DNA of 64,000 bases from the NCBI GenBank assembly GCA_030141605.1, contig JAQGDQ010000333.1, forward strand, positions 186,001 through 250,000, given 5' to 3'. Source of the stretch: Tubiluchus corallicola. Its lineage: Eukaryota; Animalia; Priapulida. The first letter of the stretch is position 1. Each line of letters begins with the position of its first letter. Below, piece by piece: positions 12,846 through 25,700 of the stretch. Both the position numbers and the translations under genes were made by a program. The notes below the pieces were generated by a model. The model was not told the DNA's origin and made no database searches. It saw only the letters and a list, made by a program, of their open reading frames with translations.

Positions 12846-13637
12846 CGGTTATAGTGTTTCTAAACACAAACAATATTTTAGCAGTTTAGTTTATTTTTAC
12901 ATTGTAAATGATATTAGATTAGTTCCAAAAAACTATGCCAAAATATCTCTGTATTCTTTGTACATAGTACCACGTACGTTTTGCATAGTAATAGCATTAC
13001 TATCTAAATTGCAATAAATAAAGATCGAACCAAGGTGAACAACAGGCAAAAACTAAATCTGAAGTTTTGAACTAAGAAACTTTACTGCATTCAGTGACCA
13101 TTATACAAGACCATTTTGTATACTTATGTTTCAATGAAACATACATGGAAACAACAAAAACCTCAGATTCGGATTCGATTCATTTTCGGAAATGAAGTAA
13201 AAATCATCTTCGAATTCACTTTGATTTCTGAATTTAAGCTTTGTCCCACTCCTATGCTATACATAGTAGAGGTACAGTGGAAGAATCAGCTTGATTTACA
13301 TTACATCATTATATACTATAACAATCAGATTTTTGAGAATTGGTTTTCTACAAATTTTAAATGTTATTTCCACGTTAAATGTTTATATATACTTGCACAT
13401 AGCATATCTTTCATTTTGTAACTTTTGTACTTGCATTATCCGCGCTTTTGAAATTACTTTATTAAAAAATGGTAAGTTTGTCTTCGTCAGTATTGAATAT
13501 TAATTTATTGATGTCAAATTGTTATGCAAGTTTAGTAATCTCATGTATTATCAGTAGCATGAAAACCGTATAGTTGAGAACCGAGAATAAACCTCAATTA
13601 GTAATTTAGAATTTTTTTACTTTTCACAGAGTTTACA

Positions 13638-13790
13638 ATGGCTGTTTATTTTGATACAAAAATTGAACCAGCATATCCTGGTAGCAACAACTATTTTATT
13701 GATTGGCACAGTGCAGGTAGAATACTAGCTGTGGCATCCTATCACAGTGAACATGGTGGAGCGGTGAATTTATATTGTTATTTAGACGAT
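13638..13790 (+). CDS. IFT140: IFT140 coding exon 1
   Basis: ATG; [11 protein letters not shown]...[13 protein letters not shown]; GTAAGT donor; acceptor CAG at 13627-13629. Confidence 0.92.
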
Positions 13791-16700
13791 GTAAGTAGTA
13801 TTTTTGTGATATAATTAGTGACTTAACATGCAAACCATAATTTGAATGTGTTAGCTTCATTTAGTCGATTTTTTTAGATATCTTTTGCGGGTAATAAATG
13901 TGCTATTTTGCGGAAATTTTTGCAAGACTTTTTAATTGTTACCTGTGTTAACATCTTTATAACAAAAATTCTTCACTTTTTGAATGGATGGTATTAAGTG
14001 TGACAAATACGATTAAAATCTTGAAAAGCCTCAAAAGATACTCTTTAAAAACATCTTGCCCACAATCCAAAACCGCAGGAATTTTGTTCTAATTTCTTAA
14101 ATATATGTTTACATAATAAGGGTGGTACAAAATTCTTCACTATTTTAATACTAGACATTATATTGATCTGTTTTCATTGGAATGTTACCTTACAGGACAA
14201 TAAGATGTATGTAAATGCTGGATGACGAAAATTTTCGTTGTTTGATGATTATGTGTTTGCAACAGGTCCATTTCTATGGTGAAATGAACACAAGACACCA
14301 TTTAGTGCTGTCTTGGCTTGGAGTGCAGAGAAGTGCTCTTAATAACAAAATTTTTGTGTTTCTTATTTTTTAGTTTAACACTTTGCAAAATTTTAGGCCA
14401 CACATCTTAGTGAATCTGTCCTTCACCAGACATCAGCTCCAGCTTCAATAAATTGGCATCCATCGAAGAAAATCCTTGCTATTGGTTGGGTAAATGGCAA
14501 TCTTACTATATGGCAGGAGGAGGGCAACAGGTCCACAAACATTAATAGCATTCATTCCAGTGTAGTGTCTGTGTTAGAGTGGAATCCAACTGGTACAAGG
14601 CTACTGTCAGCAGATAATGTAAGCTTCATAGAGCCAATGAGCAAATTATTTTATTTTATTTCTGTAAATGCAATACTTTCAAAATCGCTGTTTTCTTACA
14701 TTTAATTAGAGTGCAGTGTTTTATTTAGGCACGTTGTAATAATGAAATTGAGTGCCCTTGAAACAATTATAACTTGAACTGTTTATAATTTGCAGTTTAA
14801 AAAAGTCTAACTAATTCTTCTTTTAATGATGTCCTATTTAGTGAAATTTTGTTCTAACAATAGTGAGATTTAAACTTTGTGCAAACTACTAGAAGTGACC
14901 ATTAATAATGAATGTCTGTTAAGAAATTAAAGCGAGTTTCATTAGTGCATTTAAATTAAATTGTAAAACATTGGCAAAAAACTGCTGTTAGCTTGGTAAA
15001 ATTAAATTATGTTACATTTGTGTAACATGCTTGTGTTGTGTTATTATAGAATGGCGTAGTTGTTGTCTGGAAAGTAGATCCACGTGGTCAAATACAACAG
15101 CCACCTGTACATCAACATGAAGTGACAGAGGCAATTGTACAGTGTGTATTTAAGCCCAGTCCTCCTATTGATCCTGACACGTATGTACTAAATTTTGCAT
15201 ATTTTCCCAAATAACTATGTTAAACTGTATAAATGGCAGCCGAACTTTAGAATTACTAGTGATGTGTAAGGAAGAGAGCCCATATCTAAATTTTGGTTGT
15301 AGAATGACTTGTTTACTGCTGATTTTTATGTATTGCCAACTGTAAGAGCAAATTTTTTTCAAGGCGGAAGAAATAACAATAATAAGAACTAATATCATTG
15401 TCATATCAAGTAAATGATAGGTGTAAATGACATTAAATTTTTTGAGCATACAATTGTCAGAGATTTTGAAATTGCAATAAGTTGTTGAAAGTTCTTGTTT
15501 GGCCCAAATACCAAATGTAATGGAAATAGCAATGATTTTTAAATTAAAATTCAAAGTGTATTTTTTGTAATTTGCCACTGCTAATTGGTGGAAAACAGTT
15601 AACTTTTAATAAATTGACATAAAATTATTATTCAATGTATTAAACTGAATTTCTTAACTGGATCTAGTTGAAATAAGACTTGATGAATAAGTTTTTTTTA
15701 TTAAAATTACATCAGCTTTATGTTTATGCAGATGTATCATTCACATGTGTGTGGCTATTACTAATTCCAGTCTTTGACTGATAAAAACTATTCTAAAACC
15801 TTTAACATTTTTGTATCAATTTTGGGATGGCACAATTAAACATTTTCCATTTTGCACTACAGTAAGACCTTGCTTAACGACGCTAATACGGTCCAGCAAA
15901 ATGCGACATTACGTGAAACAATGTTAAACTAAGCCAAGACCATATTAAGTAATGTAACAGAACTGAAATACATTCCAGAGACAAAAAATCAATACTGCTT
16001 CTTAAATCATATAAGTTAAATAGTCTATGAGTTTTATTCATTTTTCTGCTGGTTAATGCCTTCCTGCTTGCCTGAAACCACCTATATATTTTACTTACCA
16101 ATACCTAGCTATAGCGGTTTCTCATTCACTAACTTTAATCCTAGACAAGGGTTAAACGATAAACACTGCAGAGTCAAAGTCAAGCCTTGGGGTGACCTTG
16201 GGAATTTTACCTACATACACTTAGTCTGGCTGCTATAGCAACAGGTTGCAGACAAAATTCCTTGCATAAAATTTACTTGTTGGTAACTTGATAATTGAAA
16301 CTTCTAGTAAGACAGTAGTAGCATCAGTAGTCAGTCACAAAGGAAAAACATGTATAATAATTGCACTGTTTGCATTACTAGTGTGGTTTTAGAACAGAAT
16401 ATCACAATTTGTGCTGTTTTAGTGCATCAAATTAGCTAAAGATTTTGTTGATCAAATAAAAATTTGCCTTGAGCAAAGTAAAAAAAATCGTAATTAAAGC
16501 GAAACATGCATTGTTACGTGAAAAAGCTGTCAAATGATCAGTGTCGTTAAAATGAACCATTGCTAAATGGGGAGTTGTTAAACGAGGATTTACTGTATTA
16601 AATGCAAAGTAAGTTAACTTGTTTTGTGCTATGGTAGTTGAATTTGTATTTAGACGAGTGGGTATAAATAACAAGTATGTCATAGTTTTAAATGAGTGGT

Positions 16701-19700
16701 GTGGGCTTGCCTTATGAAAGTGTGAGTCTAGTGCAATATTTGCATTGCATTTATTACTGTTTGCTCAAAAATGTGCGAGAATAAAGACATCCATGTACCT
16801 AAATATTTATGTTGTTCAGATGTGATCTTTTATTCAATTTTGGCTATTCAAATAATTACTGTTTAAATATAGTTTCAACATTATGTTTCTGGGGTTTCCT
16901 GATCTTGTGTACATATTTATGTTCTTGCATATATTTATGTAGTGTTTCACTTACAGGACATCTTTTAATTATTTTCTTACTAATACACAGGGACATGACA
17001 AGTTTAGCTAGAGCAGCAGTGAGTGGAGATGAGAGTGCATTAGACATGTTCACTTGGAATAAAAAAACTAAATTGTCATCTGCATCCACAGAAAGTTTAA
17101 CATGCTACTTGTCTGGGGTGTCAGGTAATGTATGTTATAAAACTTTGATGCATGTATCTGGTGATTGTGGTTTTCCTATACTTGACCACAAAGTCAGGCA
17201 GCTCCTCTGAGCAGCTCCTTTTAATTTGATGCTTAAGATATCTCAGTTTAAAGAAGGTATTAAAGTCATTGAAAAATTTTGGTTGCTTTAAGAACATTGA
17301 ATACTATGTGTGCAGTCTATCACAAGTGGCTTCCTTCCTGACATTAGAAAATGCCTGCTGAATGCTTTATGATTGTGTGCATTTGACAGAGTTTTTAAGG
17401 TGCTACTTTAAAATGTAAGGCCATTAGCCATGTATCTGGCTATTTGTATTCTAAAAAACACTCTGGCCAGTCAGTACAAAAAGCTGTACTTATACATCAA
17501 TCTCTCTACGAAAAATTTTTAGATTTTTTAATAAATGATATCTTTTTAAGATTTTTCACTTGTTTCAAGTCGTTTTAATACTTTTGTAAGTTACAATTTG
17601 ATACTTGATTTATACTTGATTTTAAAATGGCAATTTATTTGTTCTCAAAATAATAACTTTCTTAACGCTAATTTTAAATGAAGCACTGAGATCTGGAAGG
17701 CTGCTTCTAAAGGAAGCGAAAGGAAAAACATGAAAGAACCAAGTTACAGTACCAGGTATTAATAAAGTGTTCTACCTGCTAAAGCCAAATTTATCTTGAA
17801 TGTCACAGGATTTGAAAAATGTTGCTTGTATGAAGAACTGGAGTGGTTTCATGTGCGGTAGAAGCTCATTGAAGATGTTTTTCTCATTTTAGCTGCAATA
17901 TATATTTTCCATGTTGCAGTTAATAGCAAATTTTGATATCTAATTTAGGTGGTGTTTATCTTGTTAACGAGTCAGGAGAATGCATGCAGATTTTCAAAGC
18001 TGACGAGCCAGTCAAGAAATTGTTATTTTTTGAGGATAAGCCAATCCTTGTTGTCATTACAAGTTCTTTCATGTTATGTCAATATGATGTGTATCCAGAT
18101 GGATCACTGTTAGAGATATCCAAGGTTTGTGATTTATCTTCTACGTCTTTTCCAAGTTGATTCTTGAATTATTCATTGGCTCAACATGTTTCCTTGTGCA
18201 TAATTATACAGAATTTTAATCTTTGGATTATACTATGAACTTAGGCATTTTTGTATAAATTTTGTAGTAGTATCATTAAGAATTTACCATTTCTTTATTA
18301 AAATTTTTTTACTCATTTGTATAAATTTTACATTTTATATAAATTGGCATTTTTGAAAAGCACCGTTTGTCTCTAGTTGATATCCTTTGTAACACCTATT
18401 TGTTTAAATAATAGTGATCATCAGCTTTTTCTGAGGGTTAAGTGTTTTGATTTTTCTAGTACAGTTGATACTTTAAAAAAAGCTCTTAACATACATGTGT
18501 AACTTATAATTAGAGGCTGAAGCTAAGCAGTTGCAACTATATCATCTTACTCACTGAAATCAGCTAGCTCGGCTGAGGTTGTGATTTTTTTAGCTAAATA
18601 AATGGTAAATTGTAAGTTTGGTAAATTGTTAGTTAACTGTTAGTTATGTAGACATTTTTTTAAATAATTCGTGTTGCTTATACACAGAGAAAAGCTGATG
18701 TACAAATTCAAATGATGAATTTTTTGTTTTTATAAAAAAGCAATGACTTGATTGCAAATGTAATTTAAATGCAACTCTTGGCGAGGTTGATCTTGAACAC
18801 CAAAATTATCCGATATGTGTGACTGGCGTTGCCTATTTTTGTATTTAATTTGAATTGACCAGCTTTCTCTGTCAGTTATCTCTGGTTATCTCTGTCAACA
18901 CAAGCATTAGCTAACCGTGAATTTGCGATGCATTTGCCATATTTCAACCAGTGAATTACAGTGTCACATGATTATCGTGAGAGGGAAAATGTTTGCACCA
19001 GTGAAAAATGCCGGCTAGCTCGACTCCCATCATTGAGTGGCTGGTGCGAATAAAGCTGGGTTTCTTGTTGGCTAGGTGTCTGTAGAATTAAACCATCTGG
19101 AGCCCTGCTGAAACGGCGCAGCTCTGGGCGCTACTTATAATAGTTTTTAATCCTACACTTAGCATGATAAGCATTTGTATGTGCTTGTGTCGTACAACAC
19201 CCGATTTGACCATTTTAAGTCTTCATTAATTTCATGTTCATCTGCCTAGAAGCTAAATTATTTAGAAACCAATGTTTCAAGTTTAAGGAAATATTTCTAG
19301 GCACTGCAAGAAATAGCAACAGAGTTAACCGCTCTATTTATGGCAAATTGTGTAGTTACTGCATTACTACTACATTACTATTTTATGTTTAAAAAGCAGT
19401 ACTGTTTTATGTTTCATAAATAATGATATATTAAGTAACAGAAGTCAGAATGCCTTTTTAAGTCTTAACAGTTTCTTCAATTTTGCTTTAGAAGCTTTCA
19501 TCAACTTCATCGGCTGTACCAGTTTTACCTTTTACAGTAATTTTATTGTTGTATCTCTCTGTACAGCTGATGAAGTCCAAGGCAGATGAAAACTTCTGAA
19601 GGAAAATGAAGAATTTGTTGACATGTAAAGAGCATTATGATCATAGCAAGTCTCAGAAGAGAACCATCTTATTTTCACGTATATATAAATGTAAACAACT

Positions 19701-22700
19701 CAAAATTTTAGAATTTGTATAATGTTAGACTTATGCAAGATAATCATTTTTCTTCCATTCTAATCATTGCATGCTTAATAATGTTATTAAACACTTTTGT
19801 CATTAGATAACACATACATTTATTATTTACTATGAATGAATGGTGGTTTCCTTTAACAACTTTTCCCTAGAATGTTCGCTTTTCACTTTTCTCTAACAAC
19901 TTTCTTGGAATGCGGAAGAGTCGATTAAAGATGGGCTTGCCGTATGGTATTTTGTTAAGATGATCTATAGTATCATATGCCTGTTGCTGTGCTATAATAA
20001 CTATATTGAAATTACATTAGATAAGTGTTTTTTCACTTTTTGCAAGATTGTAGTTAATGCTTATTTTGGTATTTACCCACAGGTAAAGTTAAGCGGTCGC
20101 CCGCAAGAAGCAGAGATAATTTGGGCTGGAAAGGGAGTGTTAGCAACTGCAACTGGAGAAAAAGTTATCAGGTAGAAACTTCTTTTAAAGTATGCTTTTT
20201 TATACACTTTGTGAAACATTGAGTATGTTCCAAAATATAACTTTGATGTGAAATTTTCTTTTTGTCCTTTTGATACAGTTTTGATGAGTGTTACCACTTC
20301 AGAAATACTGGAATTTGATTGCAATCACTTATGTTTTGAAGTACTTCTGGAAAAGTTTCTAGAAACACCTCGTATAAAATTATTATTGTTATCATTTATT
20401 ACGTATTCATAAGTACAATATATATTTTGCAGAAAAAAGTGCAAAGTTGCAATTACAGAGCAGTAACAAAAAAGGAAAATGTAATGGATTAGTAGAAAGT
20501 GCGTTTCTAGGTTACTATGAACTTTAATAAGATTTAATTATTAGTTAGAGGATCAGTGATTGCAGGTCGGTTTACTTTGCTTTAATTTTATTTGTAAACT
20601 GAAGTAGTCAACAAATTTTGTTTGGTATATACTAAAGAAATGAACTTTAATGCTTGTAGGATGTGGGATCTTGATAATGGAGAAAACTTTGTACTTTCAT
20701 TAGAAAGTCAACCAGCCTTTGCTGCAAACGAAAATGTGATTTGTGTAGCTTATTGCAAAACTAAAGGTAAGTGATTAAGTTTGGTTTGGGGTATTGGTGC
20801 AATAAAGTGTAGACTTACTCAATCGCTTGTAGCAAGTTTCAGTTAAACTGGAGACATTTTATGACTGATAAAACCTATCGATGGTATTAACTAGCTTTTA
20901 CATCTCAGTTTTTCCTTGTTTTTACAGGTAGTCATCAACTTACTGCCAATGCGGCTTATGACAGTTCGACTTTACGACCTGACCGCAATTTAATTAATTA
21001 ATTGTACAAAACCAATTAAAACTTCTTAATATTTCCTTCTATTTTTTAACAATTTAACTTTAATTCGCTATCTTTTTCAATAAATTCATTGTAGGCGTTG
21101 CCATACTTTGTGCATGTACGCTCGCAACGTCTTGCATGTATCAGTGCACGGTTTTAATGTACATTTCCAACTTGTGTCCATATCGTCTTATGACGCCTAC
21201 TTGCGGTCATAAGTTGACGCCTACTTGCATTAGGGTTGGGGTTCACCAAAAAAAGTACTAAAATGTATTGTCAGTATTGTGCCTAACAAAATACTTAACA
21301 TCTGTTTCCCACATAAGGCTAGAAACTGCCACATAAGCCTCTTGGGTTTATCGAAAGTGTTGTTCCTGAGCTGGCTAGTGGAAGTAACAACCTGATTTTA
21401 GTAAAAGGACCAGTTTATCTATTTAAGTTAATTGATTGCTGTGCACACCCAAAGTTATGATCTTATGATCTGTTATGATCTCTTACAAGATTTTTTGTTG
21501 ATAAAAATACCTGCCAGCACCCACATAAGTCATCTGCAACTCTTTAGCCATAACATGGTCATGATCATGCACTTCTATCTAATAAAAATATGAACGTAAA
21601 AATTAATATAGCTGTCCCAAAATCTACATTGTGAAAAGCAAACAACTCAATTTCTAAATAGTAAATTTATAGATCGGCTGGCATATAGTCTGCCCCTAGA
21701 ATTATTTTGAACAGGTCCTTGTAGTTACTCACTTACATTGTTGCTCAAGTGTTGATGCAATGGCTTCTCTTATTGCCATGCACAGGCATTAGTCAGAGAA
21801 TGAATTGTATTGGAATAAAGTGATAACTTCATTTTTTCAGTCATTTAGCAATGTACTACACAATCTGTAAGTTTGCTATTTAGACATTGAGTTATTTGCT
21901 TTTCACAATATGGATATTTATATTAATTGTTATACATTATATTTTTGTTAGGTAGAATTATTGTTATTGTCAAAACGTTGCAGAATATGTGTTGGAACAA
22001 ATAATCATGCTTGTTCTTAAATGGGTGTTGGCAGTTATTTTTGTCTTAAGAATTTGCTTTCCCCAACACCAGTCAGATTATTTATTGAATACTAAGCATG
22101 TTCTTTGGTCATCTAAACAGGCATTTGTCTTTCAGGATAGCTCCAATTTGTTTTGTGAGGTTGAGGTTTTTGTTAAATTTTCATGCCATTTAATTCAATC
22201 GGAAAAATTTATCCCAGAGTTTTCAGATCGTTGGTCCGATCATACCCTTTAAGACTACAAGTGTGTGAGTCTTATGACTTTCACATTAAATTTTTTGGGC
22301 ATGATAGATTCACTATTTTTTCTGCAGTAATTTTATGCAGTAAATTGTTCTGTACTGTTACACATTGTTTTTGTACCCTCCCCCCAGCAAAAGTTTATGT
22401 ACTACATGTAGTTAATAATTTCTTATTGGCCTTATACATGTTTGCTATACATGTCTAAGTATGTGACACATGATCATTGTATTGGGCTTGATCTCTCGCA
22501 TTCCAAAGGGCTATTGTGCTTTGGCACTATGCGAATATTACCCACTGCTAGTGTTTAGCTTATCTCATAAGTATTGCTGACGAAATTCACTCTCAAGACT
22601 ACTAGGGATCACATGACAGGAATGCCGTGCTGAGTAGTTGTTAATTTTAGACTTTACAGGCTGCTTTGTCTTGCTGTAATATAGCTACTAGCTGTGTATA

Positions 22701-25700
22701 GTTTAATACAAAAAATAATCCTTACCCTGGAGTTGCTTGTTTATGATAAATCTAGGGCAAAATTAGGTTTAAAAGTTGCACTAAGTACTTGGAATTAAAA
22801 GAATGTTTTAATACATATTTTTCTGAGCTTCATTTCACATTGTCAAACCTCTCAAATTGTAGACAATAAATTTGTTTTTATTCAGAATATGCTCTCTTCA
22901 ATTTTCAGCTAACTCTTACAGTTTTGAAGATTTTTAAACATGTCCATGGTTTTAATAAAGCTGTTAGCAGTTAATGTTTTTACAGAAGTACTTGCTGGAG
23001 GCACTAGTCTTGGTAATGTGGCACTATGGTGGCACCATCCGGTGCCTCAGACTGATCGAGAACTTGAATGGAAACTTCAGGCTCCGGCTCCACTTGAGGG
23101 CATCATCAAGTCTATACGAGTTAGTAGTTTATCTCATCAGTTTTTGATACGAAATATACAACTTTTTCTTCTATGCTGTTAAACTTTGAGAACATATAAA
23201 ACTTCTGCATAACTATAACCACATAAATGCGTACATGTATAAAGGTGTGGTTTAACAGACACTGATTTATTTTCAGTGGGGGTCACATAACTTGTTAGCT
23301 ATCAGCACCGTCCATAGTGCATACATTTTAGAAGAGCAGGCATTGGTTTCACATTATTCAGGCAAGGTAAGCAATTTTACATTACTGAATGACAGCATTT
23401 TGAAATCATATTTCAGAATCCGAAGTTTTTCTCGAGATTAATAATAAGACATCATTAGTTATAATACAATTGTTAAGTATATTTTTAATCATTTTTAAGT
23501 TAGGTATTTGTTAAGAATAAGTTTTGTTCCAATTTTATTATCCTGTAGTAATTAATGTGTCTTTGCCCCATTATTAAAAGGTTGCAGCAGTGCAGATCTC
23601 TCCAGCACAGGTGTGGATTGAGCTGTTCTCAGCTGGTACATTTTACCAACTAAAAACTGATATTCAGGTTAAAGGCGTTTGTTGCTCTAAGGATAATATT
23701 TGCATGTGGAATGGCAAAAAAGTGCTAGTTTATGATGTGAGCAGTGATCCATGTGCTATTAAAATATGTGGTAAGTGATTTTATAATTTTAGTATATTTG
23801 TTAAATTTCTGGAAATTGTTTTTATGGCCATTAGTTTGCACCTTTTTAGTGTACATTTTGTTTTGTTTTAGCAGCTTAGCAACTTAGAAAAAATATTTGG
23901 TGATTTGAGTTACAGTTATATATGACAAAATATTGCATGGAGTGATGGAAGCTGTTTTTATGATCATATTTTATGCATACGTAAACTGAACTCATCTTGA
24001 AAACAAGAAATAATGTAATTTGTAATGTATATAAGTAAAAACGTGTGTCAGTGGATGAAGATATTTTGCAATTTTGAATTTTGTGTTTTAGTAACTAACA
24101 CGTGTTTGTAATCATTGAAATTTTAGGTACATTTGCAAGTGAAGCATATTCAGCCTGCATAAACGAGCAGACTTTATACTTGGTAGAACAGAGAAAAGTT
24201 CAAGTTAGAACATTTCAGGTTAGAGCAATGCTTAGTAATTTGTAACTTTAATTTAAATAATTACTTTTGCTTCATTAGGCTATTTTATGAATGGGATATA
24301 ATAATGTCACTCAGTATTTGTGAGTAATGTTCTTAATCTTTCTTTTTTGTTGTTTTTACATAGGGCACAATTAAGCAGACACTTATGTTTAGCGAAAATG
24401 AGGGTGATCCATTATGTTTGGACACTAATGGATTGTACCTAGTTGTAGGCACTTCTAATAGTTTTATCAAAGTCTGGGATCTCTCACGGAGGTATAATTT
24501 TGTGATTTTCTTCTGTCTTGAGCATTAAGTGTGTTGCAGCCTACGCAATGTTCATCAATTTGGAAACTTGTCTAATTTGTGTCAGTGGGTTCATATTGAT
24601 TTAAATCTTCATTTGTATAGTTTCTGATTCTGTGAGTTTTTTATAACTTTGCTGTTTTTGCAGAGAAGCCAGGCTTCATGTGAATCCAAAGTCCATAAAA
24701 GATCTAATTCCATTTTATGAGGACATTGCCAGTGTGAAAGTCAACTGTGCAGGCAATAAAGTCAGCATTATGTTGAGAACTGTAAGTGTCTTTTGCAGTA
24801 CTTTACTGCATCTGCAATGCCTTTTGTTTTATGCATATGTGCTGTTTTAAAGAAAAGATCATAATAAACAGTTTCAAAACTTAGAAGCACCTATTCTATA
24901 TTCTAATTAACAAATTTGAATAATATCATTTATAAAATAGTTTTTGTTACCTAAATCAGCTTTATTTTTAGGTCCCCTGACTTTTGTAAAGCGGGGTAAA
25001 AGTCAGTAAAGGGACCCATTGCCGTAGTGCGTCGTTTGTCGAACTTCGGGTGTCGTCCACAATTGACTTAATTTGGTATATTGAGCCAAAACCTTTGGTC
25101 TCAGGTCGTTGACCTTTGGCATGCAACAACCTTTGCATAAGATGCATGTATGAAAATGAATGAGGAACATGAATTTTCAAGTTATGTAGGATTTTGGACA
25201 TTTTGCTAAAAATCTATGTTATGTATGATGTAAACAAAATGTTTTTACAGTAATTTTGGACAGATAATATGACTTTCAAAAGTTCAGGGGTTGCTATGGT
25301 GTCGAAGGTCTTAATTTGACGGTTGCTAGGGTGTAGGTACAAAACAGATAAGGTACATATTCTTTGAAAATTTTGAGGCCAAACACATGCAATATACAGA
25401 AAACACTGTAATGCCAGAGTTTTGGACACTGTCAAAATTTTGGCCCACCCGGGGTCACCCAAAGGTCATCAACAGAGAATGTCTCAATCACATTAGATTA
25501 TATATCAAATTAAAGCTTGAGGTGAGGTGGGCTTGACACTAACAATTGTTGGCCCGCCTGGTGTCACCTAAAGGGCATCTACAGGGAATATGTCTACATG
25601 TTGTGTAATATATACAAATAAAGCCTATGCAGAGGCAGTTTGACGTAGTTCACGAGGGTCGTTGACAAATGACTTAATTTTCTTTATTTTGCCAAAATCT

